Shown here piece after piece: positions 38,841-50,750 of a stretch of 64,000 nt of DNA. The DNA comes from Octopus bimaculoides. Lineage: Eukaryota. The position numbers and the translations under genes are program-made. Positions within the stretch are counted from its first letter, which is position 1; the number at the start of each line of letters is the position of its first letter. The stretch is taken from the NCBI RefSeq assembly GCF_001194135.2, contig NC_068983.1:59796226-59860225 (forward strand), in the 5' to 3' direction. The notes beneath the pieces were generated by a model. The model was given only the letters and a program-made list of their open reading frames with translations. It had not been told where the DNA came from and searched no databases.

Positions 38841-39552
38841 GAGGAGGATGACACTATCATCCATATTTATAAACACTCCAAGATTAAAACCAATCACATT
38901 CTTTAAGCTATGATTCATTCTTCTAGCTATGATAACTGCTAACTTTTTATGTAGCAATTCCTCTGTATCTTACTTCTTCCATTCAGTGCTGTTCACTTTA
39001 TCGAATCTTTTTTTCCCCAACAACTGCTTTCTTCCCTGGAATTCCTTAACTAATGCATAGCTATTGACATTGGCCTGCAACCAAAGTGGCAATGCTTTGT
39101 TCTCTTCTTCACTCAGATAGAAAGTAAGAACCTGAAACAGAAGATTCTTCCTTCTTCGCTACAAATGAACTTAACAAACTCAGTTATGAGCCCTGCTATA
39201 GAAACTAAATATTTATTGCAGTAATCTCCTCTCATCCCAGGTTAGGGAATGTCTCTAAGTAATGCCACCTCTTCCTCTTCAACTCCATTTTAATTTAAAG
39301 AACCAATTAACCTGAAATCATTCCAGCTAAGCCTTAACTATGCAAACATTTTGTTGGATTTTTATCCTTCCAACTCTGGTCCTATGCACCGCCTCCTCCT
39401 CAGTTGCATTTTCACTTTAAGGAACCCATTAACCTGAAATTAAGTCAACAAAGCCTTAACCAAGCAAACATCCTTTCTACTCTTGTATGAAAAAGGATAC
39501 AAAAGGCAACAATAGAACAATATCAAATATTTAACTGTTCTGTAATTTACCT

Positions 39553-39785
39553 TTAACTCTTTTGATGCCTATTCCCCTGAGAACACCCTTGGTTTTGAAA
39601 TACAAACTTTCTGCTTTAAAATGATCAGCTAAATTAAAACCTTCCTTCAAAATTTCATGTTAAGTTTTTTTCCACTCATCAGCTTAATAATGGAAAAGTT
39701 ATTTTACTAAATTCTTCATTATTTTCAAAATTAATTGGAACAACACCAGAATATTTCAACAGAAATATGGTAAGCAAATGGTTAA
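39553..39785 (-). mobile_element. piggyBac-type MITE (reverse orientation)
   Basis: ttaactcttttgatgcc ... gaaatatggtaagcaaatggttaa, the reverse complement of the MITE body. Confidence 0.7.
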
Positions 39786-40074
39786 ATGGAACATAAAATG
39801 ACACAGAGTAAAACAATAGAAGATACCATTTTTGCTTCTTCTCTTACTAAGAAAACTACAAGCATTCATGTAGAATAAACAGATTTTCAATATTTATTCT
39901 ATATGTTAGAGATTAATGACTACTGAACGTAATGCTGAAATGGCTATGACCTTGCTATATTTTATATAAACCTATTTCTAATACTAATAAAGAGATATGA
40001 ATGTGAAAAGCAAAAATATTCTGTTTAAAATCATTGAGACTAAGCAACTAGTGTAAACAGGGAATATAAATGTT

Positions 40075-41299
40075 TTTGACTTTATATTGCATTTAGAATG
40101 GTTAATTCTCTGTTCAGTAATTAGCAAAGAGACATTGGTAAATATGTTATGGCATGCTAAATGAAAGTGGGTAGATACAGTAATGACATTTACATTAATA
40201 GGTTAAAGCCTCACCAATTCTTTCTCGAAATAAAATAATTTATCAAATAGAGTATGCACTAGTTACTCATTTCTTTTAATTAAGCACTGGTCTCTGTGGG
40301 AATTGAACTCAGAGCACTGACAATTAGAAAGAATACCAGTTAAGTTGACAAAAGTACAAGTTTCACTCCTGCTTTGTAACAATGAATAAAAACTTCTCTC
40401 ACAGCATAAATGTATATGCGTAAAAACAGTAACAAAGAACATTCTAAAGATATTTGGTTTAGTTTTCATATTTCATTCAGAGATATTCCTAATCTCATTC
40501 TGCTGTATTGTATTGCTGTTGAAGTTTTGCATGTAAAGTAAGGGACGGAAATTAGTTGGAACATACGTGAAAAGAAAGTGTTAAGACAGGCTGTAATTAT
40601 GAAAGGCTGGCGTTAAAATTTCAGTGTAAGTAGATGTCAAAACCTTCCTGTCGAGTGCAATTGGTAATAGCTGGAGCTTCAATATTATCAATAAGTATGT
40701 TCTGTAAACTGTCAGCTATTGAAATACTTGAAGAAAATTCTGTATCAGTTTAAGAGCTGCTGAGACAGTTGGAGGGTATTATTCTTTAATGTCACTAATT
40801 GAAGATAGAGATTTAGCATCAATATTTGGTATGTGATAGTGAATAGAAGAAGACATTGCTTTTGTGACCTGCCTTACAGATACTTTCATTGAATAATTGC
40901 TAGAGTCATCTTTTCTCTTGATTTCAGTTCAAGTGTAAACTTGAAGGGTCACTAACTCATTTGTACTATATCTTGTAAACATTCAGTTGAATATATTTAG
41001 TGTATGATAGAGTTTAACATGAACAGTTGATAATTGCATTGATAAGGGTCTTTGACTTTATACTGCATTTAGAATGGTTAATTCTCTGTTCAATAATTAG
41101 CAAAGAGACATTGGTAAATGTGTTATGGCATGCTAAATGAAAGTGGGTAGATACAGTAATGGTACTTACATTAATAGGTTAAAGCCTCACCAATTCTTTC
41201 TCAAATTAAGAAAATAAATGATCAACTAATGTATGCAATAGTCACACATTTCTTTTAATTAAGTACTGGTCTCTGTGAGAGTTGAACTCAGAGCACTGA
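40075..41299 (+). repeat. Direct repeat of about 247 bp (40075-40320 and 41051-41299) around a 730-bp spacer
   Basis: Both copies start tttgactttata.tgcatttagaatggttaattctctgttca and end ttgaactcagagcactga. Confidence 0.9.
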
Positions 41300-41477
41300 T
41301 GGTTAAAGAAACAATATCTATAGGGAATGTGTGTGTATATGTGTGACCAAGACTTAGATGTCATTGTCAATAGTATTCTTGTTTATAAGAATAAATTTGT
41401 ACTCTACAAAGGTATAGGGTAATGCATCAGATTAATGTAAAATTGTTTTTATCATAACCATTAAAGCAAACAAACAG

Positions 41478-41515
<38 letters not shown>

Positions 41516-41536
41516 AAATACATACATACATATATG

Positions 41537-41588
<52 letters not shown>

Positions 41589-41589
41589 G

Positions 41590-41871
41590 ATATATAGTTT
41601 TAGGGAAAAGAACTAAGTTTCATGAACTCATCGATGAAAATCCACTATCACATATAGAAAAATTAATAATTAAAAGCACAATAAATGAGTATAATATAAT
41701 ACAAAGTAAATATCATAAGATAAAGATAATATTATCTTTATCTTATGATATTTACTTTGTATTATATTATACTCATTTATTGTGCTTTTAATTATTAATT
41801 TTTCTATATGTGATAGTGGATTTTCATCGATGAGTTCATGAAACTTGGTTCTTTTCCCTAAAGCTATATAT
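41590..41871. repeat. Spacerless palindrome, 141-bp arms, 2 mismatches
   Basis: Checked block by block: the centre is between 41730 and 41731 (gataat|attatc) and the only mismatches are T41598/G41863 and T41614/G41847. Confidence 0.97.
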
Positions 41872-41994
41872 TTTTATATATATTTTAATCCGTAAAGCTC
41901 AATTTAATTTTAATTTTTTCTAAATTGATTTTAATTGAGTTTTTACCTGTAATTTTGGACTTTGTCCCTAATATTATTATTATTATATACATAG

Positions 41995-42027
<33 letters not shown>

Positions 42028-42449
42028 CATACATATATATGTGTGTATGTATGTGTGCGTCTGTATATAGATATCTATAGGGTGTGCATGCACATTGTTT
42101 TCGATGTTGTCGACTACACAGTATGGTAGGGTCAGTTGGGCACTGCCTGTGAGGCTGCAGCCATGCTGGGGCACTGCACATATATATATATATATGTATA
42201 TATGTATGCATGTATGTATATCTTTATTATATTTGAATGGTTAATAATATCACTAGTAGCCACTGTTAGGTAAAGGATTCATGAAATATCACTTGCCTAG
42301 AATATATATTTATATATAAATTTAATGATTAGAGTCAAATTTCAGAATGTTTTGATCTACTGTTCTTCTGGAGATCACAAAATCAAAACCTTTTGTAGTT
42401 TGTCAGTCATCATTAAATTTATGAATAAACATGGGCACACTCACATACT

Positions 42450-42571
<122 letters not shown>

Positions 42572-43149
42572 TATTAGTCATTTGAACACCAACATAGCCC
42601 AGTTTTCACAATATTCATTTTCCTTTCATTTCTTTTTTGTTGTTTCTTTTTTGGATAAGTACTTTCATGTTATGGAAGCAATCATCACAGTGGAGTTTTA
42701 TAAAATAACAATTATATCAAGGTAAGTATCTAGGTAAATATAAGCATAGCAACTAGGTGAATAGTTAGAAAGTATATTTACATCTGGTAGCACTGGCTAC
42801 AACTAAATGACATTGTTGAATAGTTAAACTCTTACAGTATTATTCCACATTTTTTTCCTAATGAATAATTAGGAATCTATGTCTTGTAAAAATATGTGAC
42901 TCACATGCATTCAACTTAACTGTATTCAACTACTTTGGTTGATGAAAAGATATGACAGCAGATAAAAATCAGTTAGAACAGGTGAAAACCACATTCACAA
43001 TGTACACCAATGATCATTTTATCTATCAGCAAATTTCTTCCTAGTCTATGCCATGGTTATAATACTCTGTGTTTTATTGTGAACTAATTGCGTTTTGTGA
43101 AAATCTTCTAGTTTCTAACAGGTTTGAGTAATATTTATAGAGAAAGTAA

Positions 43150-44015
43150 GGTGGCAAGCTCACTGAATTGTTAGCACACCAGACAAAATATTTAGCAGTA
43201 TTTTGTCCATCTGTATGTTCTGAGTTGAAATTCTGTGAAGGTCAACTTTGCTTTTCATCCTTTTAGGCTCAATAAAGTTAAGTACCAGTCATGTACTGTG
43301 ATCAGTGTAATCGACTACCCCCTCCCTAAAAAATTCCAGGCCTTTTGCCTTCAGTAGAAAGGTTATTTATGGAGAAAGTACAACAGTCTTTCAGGCTTAT
43401 ATAAAGTGACCTTAATTCTAATAGGAATTTGTTAATAGTGATTTCAAACCAAGGATATTAGAAATGATTCTCTTAATCCAAATATATTACAGATGTATAT
43501 TTCATCAACTCCTTCCCTCACATAATTTGGGAAAATAGGTAATTTCTAAAAAAATTAATTACAGTTCCACATAAACCTGGAGAGTGTAGTGTACTGTATA
43601 TTTGTTGAACCATCTACATACATATTATACTGTATATTATTATCATTGAGCTGACAGAATCAGTAGTACGTAAGGAAAAATGCTTCGCAGAATTTTGTCT
43701 GCCTTTATGTTCTGAGTTCAAATTCCATGAAGGTCAACTTTGCCTTTCATTCTTTCAGAGTCAATAAAATAGGTACCATTTGAGCACTGGTGTTGATGTG
43801 ACTCCCTGAAACAGCTGGCTTTGTGCCAAAATTTGAAATCATCATGATTATTATTATTATTTTATTATTATCACTGAGGCAGAGAGCTGATGGAATTATT
43901 GCCATGTCAGACGTAGTTTTTCTGCCTTTACATGGTAAGTTGAAATACTGCAATGGTTGAATTTACCTTTCATCACTTTGGGGTCGATAAACTAAGTACC
44001 AGTTGAGCACTTGGG
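43150..44015 (+). mobile_element. Cluster of three SINE family C copies (about 43150-43370, 43652-43855, 43875-44015)
   Basis: Each has ...ttctgagtt(c/g)aaatt...aaggtcaactttgc...ttcatc... or a decayed version. The last two are head-to-tail across an (ATT)n linker. Confidence 0.75.
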
Positions 44016-45219
44016 TCAATGTGATAAAAGATAGAGAGATAGACTGTTCTCATCATAGTAACTAACGAGACTTTCACTATATAACAGCCTACTATTAAAA
44101 GAAGGCACTTGTATGATTGACAAATATATTTTGCAGGCAAATAAAATATTTTTACAGTGAAGGGTAAAAAACCTTGTAAAGTGTAAAAAAGATATATAAA
44201 AGAAAGATTTTCAGTATCACTTTTTCAGTAGTTAAAAATTTATAAATTTATTTAAATTGTGAGCAATGCTATTTAGGATTTTTTGAAATCCATTAATGTT
44301 GATTAACCAGAGATATTTACAAGAAACTCATACATGCCTTTCTTTAAGACTCCCAGAGTGCCAGTCATACCTGGGGTTGTTTGTGACTTCAATTGCCACA
44401 TTCTGCTAATCCCACTCAATAGATCTTTGTACTTTGTACTCAGAGATTTATATTTGTTGATGGAAAGAAAAGGTGACCCTGAATTATACAGAAACTAATT
44501 ACATAACGATGGAAATCTAATTACTACAATACAGTCTCAACCATCTGCACCAGCTTCTGCTATTATCTGTTCAGATAATGTCGACAGCATTTTGGATTAT
44601 CCCTACAACATAACCTGTATGGATCTCCTGCAACTGAAGCAGTCTTTTACAGTGATGCACGTTTATTGATTCCAACATGTTGGAATCGCTGTTGCTCATT
44701 GCCACTGAACTGACACAAACACATACATGCATGCATGCACATGTGTGCATGCATGCGCTTCTACTGTACACAGATTTCAACATATATCTGTGCTGTTGTT
44801 ATTTTTTTGTGTGTGTTTTTGTAGCGATGTGTGTATGTGTATAATGTATATTTATATGCATCTATGTATGTGTATCTTATAAATGTGTTTGAAAACAACA
44901 CGCACACACATATTCACATATACACGTACATATATATATGTGTGTGTGTATAGAGAGAGAGGAGAGAGAGGAGAGAGAGAAAGAAGAGAGAGGTGAGAGA
45001 GAGAAAAAACATATATATATATATATATATAAATGTATACATTGTTGTAGGTAGACACCTATCTACTACCTAATAACATCAGATGTGCAGCTGCAATTAC
45101 AAACTGCAGCCATTCAATCTTGTATAAAATCACTGAGACATCAATTCATTCAGTTGCTTATTTTTCTGTTACATTAACTGATTACTCATTTATCTCTTGT
45201 TACCATTTCAGTAGTTACC

Positions 45220-45855
45220 CTGTCATTATGTCATATCAGATTCTAAGTAGTATGTCATCATGTCATATTAAACTGTTCATGGGATATCATGTTTTATTAA
45301 ACTGTCTGTGGTATATCATGTCATATTAAACTGTCTACGGGATATGATGATATAGCCTACTTTTTGGTGTATATCACATAATATCAAACTTTCTGTGGTG
45401 TATCATGTCATATTTAACTGTTTGTGGTATGTTATACTCTGTGAAACTGTAGTATACCATGTCATATCAAGCTGTTTGTAGTATATCACATAATATCAAA
45501 CTGTCTGTTGTATATCATATCATTTTAAACTGTCTATGGCATATCATGTTATATTAAATTGTAATATATCATATTATATAAATTGTTTATATATTTTATA
45601 AACAGTTCTATTAAATCGTCTGTCAGATATCATTATATTAAACTATCTGAGATATCACATAATATTAATGTCTGTGGTATATTATATTGTTACTGCGTTG
45701 TATACCATATTATATAAACTGTTTATATATTATATCAACAATTCTATTAAACTGTCTGTTGATATCAAGTTATATTAAAGTATCTATGGGATATCATTCT
45801 ATATCAAACTGTCTGTGGTATGTCATGTTATATCAGACTGTGGTATATCATTTTA
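45220..45855. repeat. Diverged 29-bp minisatellite (tatcatgtcatattaaactgtctgtggta), about 20 units
   Basis: The unit recurs throughout; a block of about 135 bp is duplicated at about 45566 and 45702. Confidence 0.85.
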
Positions 45856-47049
45856 AGCATGTCTGGGCTATCTATTATTTGGTAGACTGAGAGATAATTA
45901 CTTCATGGAAAAGGCATCCAGCTGTTGAAAACTGCATCCCATCTGACCCATGCAAGCATGGAAAAGTAGACTATAAAACGATGATGATAAGGTGTGATCT
46001 AAAAGAATTTATTTCTTTTCAGTGGGTTGATATACCACATTGAGGATCTTTCAGTCTAAGCTTTAGTAGTAGTGTGGTAGCAAAATTTATGACAGCAATG
46101 AAGATGGCGATCATTTTGACAGCTAGAACAACAACAATAGTAATAACATCAACATACATACAAAGGAAAGGGTGTAACATAAAATAGCAATTTTGCAATG
46201 AATGTATAACTCTTTAAAAATGAACACAAGCAACATATCTGCATTGCAATTTGAAAATGAGTACCTGAGGTTAGTACCTATAAATATAGGAGCAAATAAT
46301 AAAGGGGTTGTTAGAAAGTGATATAATGTCGAAGTCATCCTTAGTGAAATTAGTATATTAGAAATATAAGTGATAATTATTTAAAACACACACACTAAAA
46401 GTAGATAAAAATTGACAGGAAATAATATAAAGAGACATGGCACTTCGAGAAAGATTAGAAGTTTAGAGATAAAGAGAGATGAAACTGCATATTATGTTTC
46501 AGATAGCCAAATTGCATATTAAACCTATTAAACATTGATTTATTGTTGCACAGAAAGAGTGTAACATGAAGAAAATAACCATGCCAGTATCTGCAGTATT
46601 TAAAATAATATATCACAATAGAATTTTCGTATTAAAAGCTAATATTATATAAATTACAATAGCTGTTGTTTTTTGTTTCGTTTCTGATTTCTTTTTCTTT
46701 TTTTGTTTTTTGGTTTTTCTTTGTTTTTGTAATAGACAATAGCAAAACAGTAGTCAATGGTATATAAAATTAAATGGGACGAAGAGAGTTGAAAATATAT
46801 CGACTTTTGATTTCAGCACTTAGACATTTAAGATATAGCATAATAAATTTATTGAAAAGCTAAACAAAGACTTCACATTAAAAAGAAATATGTGTGTGTA
46901 TTTGTGTGTGGGTGTGTGTGTGTGCATATGTGCATGTATGTATATTACACACACACACACACATATATATATAACAATGTATTCTACAATCCTTTAACTG
47001 GTTTAAGTTGAGTGTGATCATGCTGAGGCATCGCATTCATTTTGACAAA

Positions 47050-47190
47050 AAGGAAAATTTTGAATTTTCCATTTGCACAAATATCTAGATGTTCATTACA
47101 AGGAACAGTTCTTAGAGAAATACAGGAAGAAAATGTTCTGCTACAAGAAGAAAACTTTATAAGAATTCTAAATATGAAACTAAACTGGAA
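47050..47190 (+). mobile_element. Possible C-terminal fragment of a Penelope-like GIY-YIG domain
   Basis: ILNFPFAQISR...LREIQEENVLLQEENFIRILNMKLN loosely resembles PLE endings (FPF.Q...E..FI..L.PKLN); the similarity is weak. Confidence 0.25.
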
Positions 47191-47389
47191 ATTGTTGACA
47201 CCACAACTAAAAACAAATTCCCCTATACAGATTACCTTGTAACATGTGTATTTGAAAAGTTGTAAGCAGTAAAAGCACTTTCACAATATAAAAACTCCTT
47301 TCCAAAAGATCTGTGTCATTCTTATTTTAAAGATCATCATCCCAACTCTCTGTTAGGAAGTACAAGCACTTACACATACATGTACACAC

Positions 47390-47531
47390 ACAGCAGGAAC
47401 TTCCATCTACCAAATTCTGTCATAAAGCTTCAGAAGACACTTGTCCAAGATGCCATGCTGTGGGACTGAACCCAAAACTAATAATTTTTAATTTAAGAAA
47501 ATCTTTCTTCAAACACACACACGCACGCACA

Positions 47532-47587
<56 letters not shown>

Positions 47588-47700
47588 ATGGGCTTCTTTC
47601 ATTTTCTATCTACCAAATCTACTCAGTCTGAGGGCACAGTAGAAGATACACAGTGTGATTGAACCTAAACCTATATGATTGAGAAGCAAATATGTTAAGA
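47390..47700 (-). mobile_element. Two family B SINE heads separated by (CA)n
   Basis: gaagacacttgtccaagatgccatgctgtgggactgaaccc and gatgggcttctttc...tctaccaaatctactca. Confidence 0.65.
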
Positions 47701-48149
47701 TTTCCAAACACCTACCCACATTTTCACACATACACACAGGATGGTCTTCTACAATTTCTGACTACTAAATATATATAGAGAGAGGACACTGTAAGCAGAA
47801 TTGTATATTAGGGTAGAAAATGTAAGATTGAATACTCTTCAAATATTCACTAAAGGTAGCAATAAATTATCATTCTCAACATTGTCATTACTTTAGTATC
47901 CACTTTTCCATGCTTAGTTATGTTGATATTGAAAATTTAATCCTTTGGAAAAAACCATAGGTATCCCAGTGGGCTTTGATTCCCTTGGCATGGATTAGTT
48001 TGTTTATTTGTGAGAGGTAGCAAGGAAGCTTCTGTATGGTGGCTCAACCTACTAGAATTAGAAGCTGCATCTTTCTCAACTCATACACTATAGCATTAAG
48101 GACTAAAGAACACGTTAACTAATATTTTAGTCCTAGATGTATGCACAGT

Positions 48150-48410
48150 GGAGGTGCGTGGCTTAGTGGTTAGGGTGTCAACATCATGATCATAAGATTG
48201 TGGTTTCGATTCCTGAACTGGGCGACGCGTTGTGTTCTTGAGCAAAACACTTCATTTCACGTTGCTCCAGTCCACTCAGCTGGCAAAAATGAGTAACGCT
48301 GCGATGGACTTGCGTCCCATCCAGCTGGGGAACACATATGCCATTGAAACCGGGAAACCGGGCCCATGAGCTTGGTTAGGCTTTAAAAGGGCGCATTTGT
48401 ATTTGTTGTA
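48150..48410 (+). mobile_element. Young SINE family A copy with intact Pol III promoter boxes
   Basis: A box TGGCTTAGTGG (48159-48169), B box GGTTTCGATTCC (48202-48213), many CpGs retained, (TTTG)-like tail. Confidence 0.85.
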
Positions 48411-50195
48411 GATATATGCACTGCCTATGATTAAAAAGCAGGATTAATCATGGCTGAAACATGTTTGATCATAGATCGTGGTTAAACAATAACATGAACA
48501 TTATTACATTTATCCCTGTAAAAATTAGGTACTAGGGTTGAGTTATTTAACTAAGAAATTCTTTAAGGCAGTGCTCCAGCATGGCTGCAGTTTATTCACT
48601 GAAACAAAGATAGAAATGTGCAAAGGCCAAATGGAAAAGAGCAACCATGTCTACTGAGTGTGTGTAAATAATAAAGCACAGGAAGAAAATCTAGACATTA
48701 AAGATATCTGTTGTAGTGTGTGAAAAAAAAAAGAAGACAGAAACCAAAGAGAGTGGTGGTGGTCTTTATTGGCAAGACTTGTATTATTTTGAAAAATCAA
48801 CAAAAAGAATACGGAAATTACTGTTGAGAGTGCAAAATCCAACGTTATGAACTGAGTGTTTCTTCAGAGAAAAGTTGACAGAAGGGAAATTAAAAGAAAA
48901 ACAGCAGAGTTTTATATTCTTTGTATCTGCAGCCAACTCCTTTCATTTTTCCCCTATCAACTTCCCCCTGTTAAAAGGATTGTCTGCAATGTTGGATTTC
49001 TCACTCCCCACAGCTACTCCACTATATTTTTTATGTTGACTTTTCTAAAGAATAAAAGAAGACAACATTGGTATGAGCATGTGATACATAGATACATATG
49101 AAGAATGGCAGTTAAGGTGAAAATCATTTGAGGCAAGCAAATGGAAGTTGAGGAAGGCCAAAGAAGATAGGAGGAAGAAATAGTAAAGTTTGTTCTCAGG
49201 ATATTGGATATATCAAAGGAGATGACGAAGAAATGTGACAAATTGTGAGACATTGAACTGAACTAAAACAGACTTGTTCAACCCCTGCCAGTATGAAAAA
49301 CATTGATATAAAAATAATAATGTTGATGATGAGGAGGAAGAGAATGCTGATTATGATGATGATCATCATCATCATGATCATGATCATGATGTTTTATCTA
49401 GAAATAGACAGTGAAAGTAAAAGATTAATTTAAATAAATTCTAATAAATGCAAAGTATATAATTCTTTTCTTTGCATTAATACCAGAAAAAAAAATAGTT
49501 AGCTAACAGTTGAAATTATGAAACAAATACTGATAACATAATATACAAAATTATATTAATACGTAGGAAATAAATGAAAAAATAAATTTACATTCATTTG
49601 ATTGGCTGCAATGAGAAACTGGAAAACTCAGATATGTCAGGTAGTCTTTTCAATATTAAATTATAAAAAAATAGATTTAGAGGATAAATTTTACACAACA
49701 ACATCATTTAGTGGTAGCTGACATAAATCCAACACATTTTCTAGTAAGTTATTATAAAATATTTATATTAGTCTATATTTGCAGGAATATTGCTTATCAT
49801 ATTAATGTGCTGTATTCTCTAAGCTAATTCTATGAACCAACTTTTTTCTCTTAAAATTTATAATTAATGTTACTTCTAACATTTCTAAAATTTGCCGACA
49901 TTGATAATGTATACAGCTTCACTAAAATCAATGGACATACTGCTGAAGCACAATAAACAATGAAATATTTGAAATGTGTCATATATAATACCCATTTAAA
50001 CAGAAACTTATAGATGGTCTGCTAGCATTCTACAAAGGATTATGATGCAAGCTGGCAAGGCAGCTTTTACAATAGCACACAACTAAATCTTCCTCAACTA
50101 ACTTATCTGTCTATGCCATAAAACTAGTCAAGAGAAAGCTACTGACTAACAGGAAGGAGATTTTAAAGAGTCGATGAAGAAATAAGCACACATAT

Positions 50196-50250
50196 ATCTG
50201 ATGTATACATCACTGATGAGACCAAATTAGGTTGAAACAGGCATCCTGAG
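50196..50250 (+). ncRNA. Hammerhead-ribozyme-like motif (type III topology, weak stem III)
   Basis: AUC (50196-50198), stem I UGAUG-UAUA-CAUCA (50199-50212), core CUGAUGA (50213-50219), stem II GACC-AAAUUA-GGUU (50220-50233), GAAA (50234-50237). Stem III has a C-A mismatch next to the A-U pair. Confidence 0.45.
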
Positions 50251-50354
50251 AAAGGCCTTATGTTTCTTAACTTCTTTGAGAAGTTTCTCTGAGATGAAAT
50301 AATACAGCTGGTGCTATTTCACATTTCTACATACACTATAAATGTGATACACAC

Positions 50355-50750
50355 CAGTACATTAAACATCATCATCATCATAATCATTTTAACATCCAAT
50401 CTTCCATGATCGCATGGATCAGGTAGAATTTGTTGGGGCAGATTACTATGGCTGGCTGTCCATCCTGTTGCAATACTCACCTGTTCCCAAGCAGGGTAAT
50501 ATTTCCCCCTTCCTCCAGACATGTTTTCACAGAAGATTGGAAATAACTGATACTGTTTAACAGTGACACTCACTTGTAATTATCATGTGATGACAAGACA
50601 AGGACAAGCACACACACATGTATGTATGTATGTATGTATAATGGGCTTCTTTTAGTGTCTGCCTGCCAAATCCACTCACAAGGTTTTAGATGACCAGGAT
50701 TTTTATAGAAGACACTTTCCCACTGCAATACATTGACACTGAACTAACAG
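50355..50750 (-). mobile_element. Composite SINE family B with module Y
   Basis: catcatcatcat...aacatccaatcttccatgatcgcatggatcag...ctcacctgttccc...catgttttcacagaagattggaaat...(TACA/TATG)...atgggcttc...ccaaatccactcacaagg. Confidence 0.75.

Noticed and set aside
40075-41299. LTR retrotransposon or TRIM interpretation of the direct repeats
   Set aside because: A TG...CA frame can be drawn, but there is no target-site duplication, primer-binding site or convincing polypurine tract.
42690-42728. Strong donor caag|gtaagta (GT at 42722) as the next host exon
   Set aside because: The candidate upstream acceptors give stops or EFYKITIISR, with no resemblance to the expected alpha-2/delta continuation.
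44668-44687. Perfect 20-bp palindrome gattccaacatgttggaatc (p53-like core AACATGTT)
   Set aside because: One such palindrome in 64 kb of biased sequence is not far from chance, it matches only 8/10 of a single half-site, and there is no second half-site.
45220-45855. CRISPR-like array (also considered for 3137-3318)
   Set aside because: The units are contiguous and diverged with no unique spacers; the context is eukaryotic and there are no cas genes.
48150-48225. tRNA gene (also the other SINE heads)
   Set aside because: A and B boxes are present, but I could not fold a cloverleaf and the sequence continues into SINE core and tail.
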